Shown: positions 1 to 9,430, counted from the first letter of the stretch. The stretch: 15,728 nucleotides of DNA from Azolla caroliniana (GCA_043228905.1 JBHGNT010000785.1:1-15728), one strand, 5' to 3'. Numbers and translations: made by a program. Notes: generated by a model not told the origin, from the letters alone.

Positions 1-401
1 ATAGGATATACACGTGTCATAGGCCGGAGGTGGCACATGGCGTACCCATGGTAAGAGTGAAGAGAATTCTGAGTGGATACACGCGACGAGCTGCACATGC
101 GTCGATGTAAAATCTAGTTCACTTCTCTGCCTTGGACCATGAGAGACCACATACGTACGCCTAACGACCATAGGCGGACGCCCGCCGCATCCTCCATTTA
201 TCTTCTCTCCCATTCCAATAGTTCTTCTTTATAGCCCGGGCATCGGTTTGGCTCGTCTCTCTGCTCGATTCATGGACGTTCACCACGCGTTGAAAGCCTT
301 CCGTTCTAGTACCTAAAGAAATGTGGGAAAAGATAGATGCATTTATCTAGAACGTTCATCCGCGTGACATCGTCCTTTAGATTATATCATTAGAAGCGGG
401 A

Positions 402-514
402 CGCGCCTATGGAACATCTTCCTTCATTTTTATTATCATTGTAGAATGAGGGCGCGCCTATGTAACATCTTCCTTCATTTTTATTATCATTGTAGAATGA
501 GGGCGCGCCTATGT
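402..514. repeat. 51-bp internal tandem repeat (~2.2 copies) overlapping the U2 3' end; also at 3727-3839, 7052-7164, 10377-10489, 13702-13814
   Basis: cgcgcctatg starts at 402, 453 and 504. Copies 402-452 and 453-503 differ at one base (412 g versus 463 t). A degenerate extension continues left to about 381. Confidence 0.95.
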
Positions 515-704
515 GACCTCAACATCAGTGCAAGGCTGAGGCGACGCACGCAACTCCCAAATGCAGCAAGCTGCCTTGAGCGAGAGCTGCCCCCATGAAA
601 GAAATTAGGTTAATATCGTGCGGCCTGATAGGCCGCGTATCAGATATTAAACTGATAAGAACAGATACTACACTTGATCTTAGCCAAAAGGCCGAGAAAG
701 GTAT
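499..704 (-). ncRNA. U2: U2 spliceosomal snRNA, copy 1
   Basis: The reverse complement starts ATACCTTTCTCGGCCTTTTGGCTAAGATCAAGTGTAGTATCTGTTCTTATCAGTTTAATATCTGATA, the plant U2 5' end. Branch-point pairing GTAGTA is at 671-666. Also present: stem IIa, stem IIb (GCGGCCT/AGGCCGC), the IIc strand ATATTAA, stem III with GCAG-CTTG-CTGC tip and stem IV with a TTGCAC loop. The 3' end is approximate (+/-3 nt). Confidence 0.97.
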
Positions 705-729
705 GAGTTCTCTTGAAGAACCGATTTGC

Positions 730-770
730 TTCTTATAGGCTGCACCCTAACATGCCTCACCATGTGGGAT
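730..770 (-). promoter_or_regulatory. U2 promoter: USE ATCCCACATGG (770-760) and TATA box TATAAGAA (737-730)
   Basis: Matches the plant USE consensus RTCCCACATCG at 10/11, starting at -66. TATA starts at -33. Gap is 22 nt. Confidence 0.88.
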
Positions 771-2780
771 ATACGTTATATAATCATCTCAACATTTAAG
801 GCAAACTTTTGTCCTCTCATTGCATCGAAACCACCTTGGCCGATCGTGGGGACCACATTTGTTGTTGTTTGGTTGTAGCCACCCTATTATCCATCCCTAT
901 ACCAAGTCGGGATATACATACTCTCCCATCGCCAAGTGCACCTTATAGGTGCGATTCGTTATTGGTGGTTATAAGCCCCCATATCTGAACCAAACGAACG
1001 TTCACGAAATCGTGTGAGCTTCCCGAATCGAGCGAGAATTGTAATGGAGATCCACCCGTCTGCACGTAGTAAATCATTAGGCCCCACTGCATGTCGAGGG
1101 AAAGAGAATTTACAATTACTTGAACGACCGGCGCGCGTAAACCTCAAGGAAATATGTTCCGCATCGTTGCATCTAGGTAACTACGTTTTCACGTTACCCA
1201 ACCTCGAGTCTCGTCATGACAATGGCACACACTAATGAGCAACCTAATGGCCACGCCGACACGCGCCCTCTTCTCCGCATTGAAGCTAGTGTGGCCCGTC
1301 ACATGGTTATCTCATGACCAATGCGTTTCACAATGATGGTCTCGTGACGCCCCCCTAATCAAGTAACGAACGCGGGAGACTCGGTGCGGGATTCGTAAGG
1401 GCGACCCAATGAGAAGTGGGTCTAACCCTAATTCCCCTTAAATGGGCGGGGAATGGGCAAGACACCATGATCCAAGGCAACATACACCGACCGTGGCCAT
1501 GCTTTGCGCAATTTTTACATATGGCACAATCGGGGCGACCGAGGGTAGTAGCACTAATTTCGTTAAATAAGGATGGTCACCGCACCTTCCCCACAGAAAT
1601 GCGAGGGTGGGCACCGCGACCCTAAACCCCGAAACACACACCATCATGCATATGATACCGATATCGTATAACAAATTCTGAACATGCACACTACATGTCT
1701 AGGACATGTATAACATCGCATAGGCATACACGCGATCCCATCCACATGCATACATAAACGGATCTTAAACAAAGACGCAATCCAATGACGATGCAATCGA
1801 GACGCGTAATAAACGCCTTTGGGCTCTACGGACACTCGGCGACCGGAGGGGTATATGAAACATGAGGTTTGAGGCATTGACCTGATACACGCATGAGACA
1901 ACATCTCCTATCAAACATGTACTATATGGATTTCGAATAACGGAGTAGATAGTGTAATGCGTAATGTAGGCGTAAACCTCACAAGCAATACATTTAACAC
2001 GCATACGATTTATACGACGCATAAAGTATGACCAAGGCAACATGATCTAACGATCTATACGTTAAAATAATGGCTTCAACATGTACACGCAAGGGAGAAG
2101 AAATAATGTAGAAGACGATAAAGCACATGATTCAGAAGAACAACCCTGATGTAGCTCAAGGGTTGCGTTGTTGCTATTTCCGTGCTTCGTCTTATGTTTC
2201 CTCCGGGCTTGCAACGCACGACTTGAAGTTCTTGCTCCCGACGTTCCGAACTTTTAGAAAGCGTTGTATCTCCTCCTCATATCTGCGCAATTTGTGCGCT
2301 TGGGAGACGGGAAGTGATTCTCAAAATTGACTGATGTGAGACATGCGCCTCATCCTCCTCACGTTCTTCGGGTGTCGACGGGGATTGCACAAGCGACGCA
2401 CGCGTGGATTCACGTCTCGGCCAGTGCTCAAGGATTGTGCGAGCGTGTTGGTTGTACATGGACATCGCATCGGTGTTTCCCTCCTTTGTTATTCTACAGC
2501 TTCGGCAACCCATGGCCATTGACGCACGGTTCTACGTCACGACGCGCATGGTTTCTCTCTAGCCGTTGTACTTAAATTAATTACGAGAAGGAGAAGGTAG
2601 GCGAGGTTGGAGCGTGTGATGTGTGATCTATAGATATGAACGGAAACGTGAAGGGGCTAAACATGGACGAGGTTAAAGTGAACCACCAATAGTGAGTGGG
2701 TAGATTGACGTGAGAGGATGGTGGCGCGATGACGGTTGTGCGTGCGTGCCATGGTGAATACACAGACGCAAGATAAGAAC

Positions 2781-2820
2781 GTCCCACATAGAGAGGATGC
2801 AGAGCAAGGGGGCTATAAAA
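2781..2820 (+). promoter_or_regulatory. U1 promoter: USE GTCCCACATAG (2781-2791) and TATA box TATAAAA (2814-2820)
   Basis: Matches the USE consensus at 10/11, starting at -65. TATA starts at -32. Gap is 22 nt. Confidence 0.9.
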
Positions 2821-2845
2821 CGAGAGCGTTGCGCTAAGCCAAAAC

Positions 2846-3009
2846 ATACTTACCTGGGCGGGGTCAATCGGTGATCAAGAAGGCCGATGGCTTAGGGCCG
2901 GTGCCTCCATTGCACCACCGGAGGGACTGCTTGCCCTAGCATCTCCCCAAGCGGGAGAGTGCACGTCATAATTTGTGACAGCAGGGGCTCGCGTTCGCGC
3001 GGCCCCCAT
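2846..3009 (+). ncRNA. U1: U1 spliceosomal snRNA, copy 1
   Basis: Starts ATACTTACCTG (5' splice-site pairing). SL1 loop GATCAAGAAG (U1-70K site), SL2 loop ATTGCAC (U1A site), SL3 TCTCCC-CAAGC-GGGAGA, Sm site AATTTGTG at 2970-2977, SL4 GGGGCTCGCG-TTCG-CGCGGCCCC. About 164 nt; 3' end approximate. Confidence 0.98.
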
Positions 3010-3038
3010 CTCAATCCAGTGATATCAAGTCGTCCACG

Positions 3039-3232
3039 TTTGGCGGAAGCATTGGTCGCTCATGGCGGATTCGTCTCAAATGATGCGCTTATGCTTGATC
3101 GTCAAGTTGGCCATGTTTGGCGGAAGCGTCGGTTGCGCTAAGGGTCCCTCGGCATTTTGCTTGGCGGAAGCATCTTATTTTTTGGTGGCTTCCCTCGGCC
3201 ATGCATATTATGCAAAATGATTTGGCGGAAGC
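3039..3232 (+). repeat. Cluster of four (T/C)TTGGCGGAAGC motifs downstream of U1; also at 6364-6557, 9689-9882, 13014-13207
   Basis: Copies at 3039-3050, 3116-3127, 3160-3171 and 3221-3232, plus a partial TGGCGGA at 3063-3069. Confidence 0.85.
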
Positions 3233-3313
3233 ACAATATGGTTTCGGACACCAACACAACACCGATTTCCACTACCCTGAGAAACGAGAGGAGTATAAAG
3301 AACCATCGAGCGG

Positions 3314-3340
3314 GGATATACACGTATAGGATATACACGT
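3314..3340. repeat. Short 15-bp-period direct duplication of GGATATACACGT, present in each unit
   Basis: ggatatacacgt at 3314-3325 and 3329-3340. Confidence 0.8.
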
Positions 3341-3823
3341 GTCATAGGCCGGAGGTGGCACATGGCGTACCCATGGTAAGAGTGAAGAGAATTCTGAGTG
3401 GATACACGCGACGAGCTGCACATGCGTCGATGTAAAATCTAGTTCACTTCTCTGCCTTGGACCATGAGAGACCACATACGTACGCCTAACGACCATAGGC
3501 GGACGCCCGCCGCATCCTCCATTTATCTTCTCTCCCATTCCAATAGTTCTTCTTTATAGCCCGGGCATCGGTTTGGCTCGTCTCTCTGCTCGATTCATGG
3601 ACGTTCACCACGCGTTGAAAGCCTTCCGTTCTAGTACCTAAAGAAATGTGGGAAAAGATAGATGCATTTATCTAGAACGTTCATCCGCGTGACATCGTCC
3701 TTTAGATTATATCATTAGAAGCGGGACGCGCCTATGGAACATCTTCCTTCATTTTTATTATCATTGTAGAATGAGGGCGCGCCTATGTAACATCTTCCTT
3801 CATTTTTATTATCATTGTAGAAT

Positions 3824-4029
3824 GAGGGCGCGCCTATGTGACCTCAACATCAGTGCAAGGCTGAGGCGACGCACGCAACTCCCAAATGCAGCAAGCTGCC
3901 TTGAGCGAGAGCTGCCCCCATGAAAGAAATTAGGTTAATATCGTGCGGCCTGATAGGCCGCGTATCAGATATTAAACTGATAAGAACAGATACTACACTT
4001 GATCTTAGCCAAAAGGCCGAGAAAGGTAT
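3824..4029 (-). ncRNA. U2: U2 spliceosomal snRNA, copy 2
   Basis: Same sequence as 499-704 at +3325. Confidence 0.97.
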
Positions 4030-4054
4030 GAGTTCTCTTGAAGAACCGATTTGC

Positions 4055-4095
4055 TTCTTATAGGCTGCACCCTAACATGCCTCACCATGTGGGAT
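4055..4095 (-). promoter_or_regulatory. U2 promoter (USE + TATA), copy 2
   Basis: Repeat copy of 730-770. Confidence 0.88.
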
Positions 4096-6105
4096 ATACG
4101 TTATATAATCATCTCAACATTTAAGGCAAACTTTTGTCCTCTCATTGCATCGAAACCACCTTGGCCGATCGTGGGGACCACATTTGTTGTTGTTTGGTTG
4201 TAGCCACCCTATTATCCATCCCTATACCAAGTCGGGATATACATACTCTCCCATCGCCAAGTGCACCTTATAGGTGCGATTCGTTATTGGTGGTTATAAG
4301 CCCCCATATCTGAACCAAACGAACGTTCACGAAATCGTGTGAGCTTCCCGAATCGAGCGAGAATTGTAATGGAGATCCACCCGTCTGCACGTAGTAAATC
4401 ATTAGGCCCCACTGCATGTCGAGGGAAAGAGAATTTACAATTACTTGAACGACCGGCGCGCGTAAACCTCAAGGAAATATGTTCCGCATCGTTGCATCTA
4501 GGTAACTACGTTTTCACGTTACCCAACCTCGAGTCTCGTCATGACAATGGCACACACTAATGAGCAACCTAATGGCCACGCCGACACGCGCCCTCTTCTC
4601 CGCATTGAAGCTAGTGTGGCCCGTCACATGGTTATCTCATGACCAATGCGTTTCACAATGATGGTCTCGTGACGCCCCCCTAATCAAGTAACGAACGCGG
4701 GAGACTCGGTGCGGGATTCGTAAGGGCGACCCAATGAGAAGTGGGTCTAACCCTAATTCCCCTTAAATGGGCGGGGAATGGGCAAGACACCATGATCCAA
4801 GGCAACATACACCGACCGTGGCCATGCTTTGCGCAATTTTTACATATGGCACAATCGGGGCGACCGAGGGTAGTAGCACTAATTTCGTTAAATAAGGATG
4901 GTCACCGCACCTTCCCCACAGAAATGCGAGGGTGGGCACCGCGACCCTAAACCCCGAAACACACACCATCATGCATATGATACCGATATCGTATAACAAA
5001 TTCTGAACATGCACACTACATGTCTAGGACATGTATAACATCGCATAGGCATACACGCGATCCCATCCACATGCATACATAAACGGATCTTAAACAAAGA
5101 CGCAATCCAATGACGATGCAATCGAGACGCGTAATAAACGCCTTTGGGCTCTACGGACACTCGGCGACCGGAGGGGTATATGAAACATGAGGTTTGAGGC
5201 ATTGACCTGATACACGCATGAGACAACATCTCCTATCAAACATGTACTATATGGATTTCGAATAACGGAGTAGATAGTGTAATGCGTAATGTAGGCGTAA
5301 ACCTCACAAGCAATACATTTAACACGCATACGATTTATACGACGCATAAAGTATGACCAAGGCAACATGATCTAACGATCTATACGTTAAAATAATGGCT
5401 TCAACATGTACACGCAAGGGAGAAGAAATAATGTAGAAGACGATAAAGCACATGATTCAGAAGAACAACCCTGATGTAGCTCAAGGGTTGCGTTGTTGCT
5501 ATTTCCGTGCTTCGTCTTATGTTTCCTCCGGGCTTGCAACGCACGACTTGAAGTTCTTGCTCCCGACGTTCCGAACTTTTAGAAAGCGTTGTATCTCCTC
5601 CTCATATCTGCGCAATTTGTGCGCTTGGGAGACGGGAAGTGATTCTCAAAATTGACTGATGTGAGACATGCGCCTCATCCTCCTCACGTTCTTCGGGTGT
5701 CGACGGGGATTGCACAAGCGACGCACGCGTGGATTCACGTCTCGGCCAGTGCTCAAGGATTGTGCGAGCGTGTTGGTTGTACATGGACATCGCATCGGTG
5801 TTTCCCTCCTTTGTTATTCTACAGCTTCGGCAACCCATGGCCATTGACGCACGGTTCTACGTCACGACGCGCATGGTTTCTCTCTAGCCGTTGTACTTAA
5901 ATTAATTACGAGAAGGAGAAGGTAGGCGAGGTTGGAGCGTGTGATGTGTGATCTATAGATATGAACGGAAACGTGAAGGGGCTAAACATGGACGAGGTTA
6001 AAGTGAACCACCAATAGTGAGTGGGTAGATTGACGTGAGAGGATGGTGGCGCGATGACGGTTGTGCGTGCGTGCCATGGTGAATACACAGACGCAAGATA
6101 AGAAC

Positions 6106-6145
6106 GTCCCACATAGAGAGGATGCAGAGCAAGGGGGCTATAAAA
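6106..6145 (+). promoter_or_regulatory. U1 promoter (USE + TATA), copy 2
   Basis: Repeat copy of 2781-2820. Confidence 0.9.
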
Positions 6146-6170
6146 CGAGAGCGTTGCGCTAAGCCAAAAC

Positions 6171-6334
6171 ATACTTACCTGGGCGGGGTCAATCGGTGAT
6201 CAAGAAGGCCGATGGCTTAGGGCCGGTGCCTCCATTGCACCACCGGAGGGACTGCTTGCCCTAGCATCTCCCCAAGCGGGAGAGTGCACGTCATAATTTG
6301 TGACAGCAGGGGCTCGCGTTCGCGCGGCCCCCAT
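6171..6334 (+). ncRNA. U1: U1 spliceosomal snRNA, copy 2
   Basis: Same sequence as 2846-3009 at +3325. Confidence 0.98.
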
Positions 6335-7148
6335 CTCAATCCAGTGATATCAAGTCGTCCACGTTTGGCGGAAGCATTGGTCGCTCATGGCGGATTCGTC
6401 TCAAATGATGCGCTTATGCTTGATCGTCAAGTTGGCCATGTTTGGCGGAAGCGTCGGTTGCGCTAAGGGTCCCTCGGCATTTTGCTTGGCGGAAGCATCT
6501 TATTTTTTGGTGGCTTCCCTCGGCCATGCATATTATGCAAAATGATTTGGCGGAAGCACAATATGGTTTCGGACACCAACACAACACCGATTTCCACTAC
6601 CCTGAGAAACGAGAGGAGTATAAAGAACCATCGAGCGGGGATATACACGTATAGGATATACACGTGTCATAGGCCGGAGGTGGCACATGGCGTACCCATG
6701 GTAAGAGTGAAGAGAATTCTGAGTGGATACACGCGACGAGCTGCACATGCGTCGATGTAAAATCTAGTTCACTTCTCTGCCTTGGACCATGAGAGACCAC
6801 ATACGTACGCCTAACGACCATAGGCGGACGCCCGCCGCATCCTCCATTTATCTTCTCTCCCATTCCAATAGTTCTTCTTTATAGCCCGGGCATCGGTTTG
6901 GCTCGTCTCTCTGCTCGATTCATGGACGTTCACCACGCGTTGAAAGCCTTCCGTTCTAGTACCTAAAGAAATGTGGGAAAAGATAGATGCATTTATCTAG
7001 AACGTTCATCCGCGTGACATCGTCCTTTAGATTATATCATTAGAAGCGGGACGCGCCTATGGAACATCTTCCTTCATTTTTATTATCATTGTAGAATGAG
7101 GGCGCGCCTATGTAACATCTTCCTTCATTTTTATTATCATTGTAGAAT

Positions 7149-7354
7149 GAGGGCGCGCCTATGTGACCTCAACATCAGTGCAAGGCTGAGGCGAGGCACG
7201 CAACTCCCAAATGCAGCAAGCTGCCTTGAGCGAGAGCTGCCCCCATGAAAGAAATTAGGTTAATATCGTGCGGCCTGATAGGCCGCGTATCAGATATTAA
7301 ACTGATAAGAACAGATACTACACTTGATCTTAGCCAAAAGGCCGAGAAAGGTAT
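7149..7354 (-). ncRNA. U2: U2 spliceosomal snRNA, copy 3 (G160C variant in stem IV)
   Basis: Same as copy 1 at +6650 except position 7195 (gcgaggcacg versus gcgacgcacg). Confidence 0.96.
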
Positions 7355-7379
7355 GAGTTCTCTTGAAGAACCGATTTGC

Positions 7380-7420
7380 TTCTTATAGGCTGCACCCTAA
7401 CATGCCTCACCATGTGGGAT
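7380..7420 (-). promoter_or_regulatory. U2 promoter (USE + TATA), copy 3
   Basis: Repeat copy of 730-770. Confidence 0.88.
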
Positions 7421-9430
7421 ATACGTTATATAATCATCTCAACATTTAAGGCAAACTTTTGTCCTCTCATTGCATCGAAACCACCTTGGCCGATCGTGGG
7501 GACCACATTTGTTGTTGTTTGGTTGTAGCCACCCTATTATCCATCCCTATACCAAGTCGGGATATACATACTCTCCCATCGCCAAGTGCACCTTATAGGT
7601 GCGATTCGTTATTGGTGGTTATAAGCCCCCATATCTGAACCAAACGAACGTTCACGAAATCGTGTGAGCTTCCCGAATCGAGCGAGAATTGTAATGGAGA
7701 TCCACCCGTCTGCACGTAGTAAATCATTAGGCCCCACTGCATGTCGAGGGAAAGATAATTTACAATTACTTGAACGACCGGCGCGCGTAAACCTCAAGGA
7801 AATATGTTCCGCATCGTTGCATCTAGGTAACTACGTTTTCACGTTACCCAACCTCGAGTCTCGTCATGACAATGGCACACACTAATGAGCAACCTAATGG
7901 CCACGCCGACACGCGCCCTCTTCTCCGCATTGAAGCTAGTGTGGCCCGTCACATGGTTATCTCATGACCAATGCGTTTCACAATGATGGTCTCGTGACGC
8001 CCCCCTAATCAAGTAACGAACGCGGGAGACTCGGTGCGGGATTCGTAAGGGCGACCCAATGAGAAGTGGGTCTAACCCTAATTCCCCTTAAATGGGCGGG
8101 GAATGGGCAAGACACCATGATCCAAGGCAACATACACCGACCGTGGCCATGCTTTGCGCAATTTTTACATATGGCACAATCGGGGCGACCGAGGGTAGTA
8201 GCACTAATTTCGTTAAATAAGGATGGTCACCGCACCTTCCCCACAGAAATGCGAGGGTGGGCACCGCGACCCTAAACCCCGAAACACACACCATCATGCA
8301 TATGATACCGATATCGTATAACAAATTCTGAACATGCACACTACATGTCTAGGACATGTATAACATCGCATAGGCATACACGCGATCCCATCCACATGCA
8401 TACATAAACGGATCTTAAACAAAGACGCAATCCAATGACGATGCAATCGAGACGCGTAATAAACGCCTTTGGGCTCTACGGACACTCGGCGACCGGAGGG
8501 GTATATGAAACATGAGGTTTGAGGCATTGACCTGATACACGCATGAGACAACATCTCCTATCAAACATGTACTATATGGATTTCGAATAACGGAGTAGAT
8601 AGTGTAATGCGTAATGTAGGCGTAAACCTCACAAGCAATACATTTAACACGCATACGATTTATACGACGCATAAAGTATGACCAAGGCAACATGATCTAA
8701 CGATCTATACGTTAAAATAATGGCTTCAACATGTACACGCAAGGGAGAAGAAATAATGTAGAAGACGATAAAGCACATGATTCAGAAGAACAACCCTGAT
8801 GTAGCTCAAGGGTTGCGTTGTTGCTATTTCCGTGCTTCGTCTTATGTTTCCTCCGGGCTTGCAACGCACGACTTGAAGTTCTTGCTCCCGACGTTCCGAA
8901 CTTTTAGAAAGCGTTGTATCTCCTCCTCATATCTGCGCAATTTGTGCGCTTGGGAGACGGGAAGTGATTCTCAAAATTGACTGATGTGAGACATGCGCCT
9001 CATCCTCCTCACGTTCTTCGGGTGTCGACGGGGATTGCACAAGCGACGCACGCGTGGATTCACGTCTCGGCCAGTGCTCAAGGATTGTGCGAGCGTGTTG
9101 GTTGTACATGGACATCGCATCGGTGTTTCCCTCCTTTGTTATTCTACAGCTTCGGCAACCCATGGCCATTGACGCACGGTTCTACGTCACGACGCGCATG
9201 GTTTCTCTCTAGCCGTTGTACTTAAATTAATTACGAGAAGGAGAAGGTAGGCGAGGTTGGAGCGTGTGATGTGTGATCTATAGATATGAACGGAAACGTG
9301 AAGGGGCTAAACATGGACGAGGTTAAAGTGAACCACCAATAGTGAGTGGGTAGATTGACGTGAGAGGATGGTGGCGCGATGACGGTTGTGCGTGCGTGCC
9401 ATGGTGAATACACAGACGCAAGATAAGAAC

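Noticed and set aside
402-514. CRISPR-like or prokaryotic repeat interpretation of the short repeats
   Set aside because: The repeats are contiguous with no unique spacers, there are no cas genes, and the context is eukaryotic snRNA.
938-952. Small hairpins (GCACCT-TAT-AGGTGC; also CAACCC...GGGTTG at 2141-2165)
   Set aside because: Six-bp stems are expected by chance in 3.3 kb and no associated motif supports a function.
1116-1125. TTACTTGAAC resembling the plant U3 5' region
   Set aside because: Only 10 nt match; no following box A, C', B, C or D pattern and no promoter.
1619-1635. ACCCTAAACCC telomere-like tract (also TAACCCTAA at 1423-1431) as a telomerase RNA template or interstitial telomere
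   Set aside because: About 1.5 repeats only, with no correctly spaced USE/TATA upstream or T-run terminator. Compatible with chance or a telo-box-like element.
1545-1745. 5S rRNA-like fragments (AGCACTAAT, GATCCCATC)
   Set aside because: The fragments are about 185 bp apart rather than adjacent, and the rest of 5S is absent.
2290-2304. ATTTGTGCGCTTGGG resembling the plant U4 5' end (ATCTTTGCGCTTGGGG)
   Set aside because: Similarity stops after about 14 nt; no U4 5' stem-loop, stem I region, Sm site or USE/TATA.
1-3325. Unit as a transposon or LTR element
   Set aside because: No terminal inverted repeats, LTR/PBS/PPT arrangement or transposase/RT coding remnants are visible. The array edges lie outside the window, so the amplification mechanism cannot be judged.
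959-3538. Short ORFs (60-92 aa) in the six-frame track, repeated in each unit
   Set aside because: No recognisable domain, mutually overlapping, several start at non-ATG codons, and some overlap the U1 gene or promoter. Recurrence reflects only the DNA repeat.
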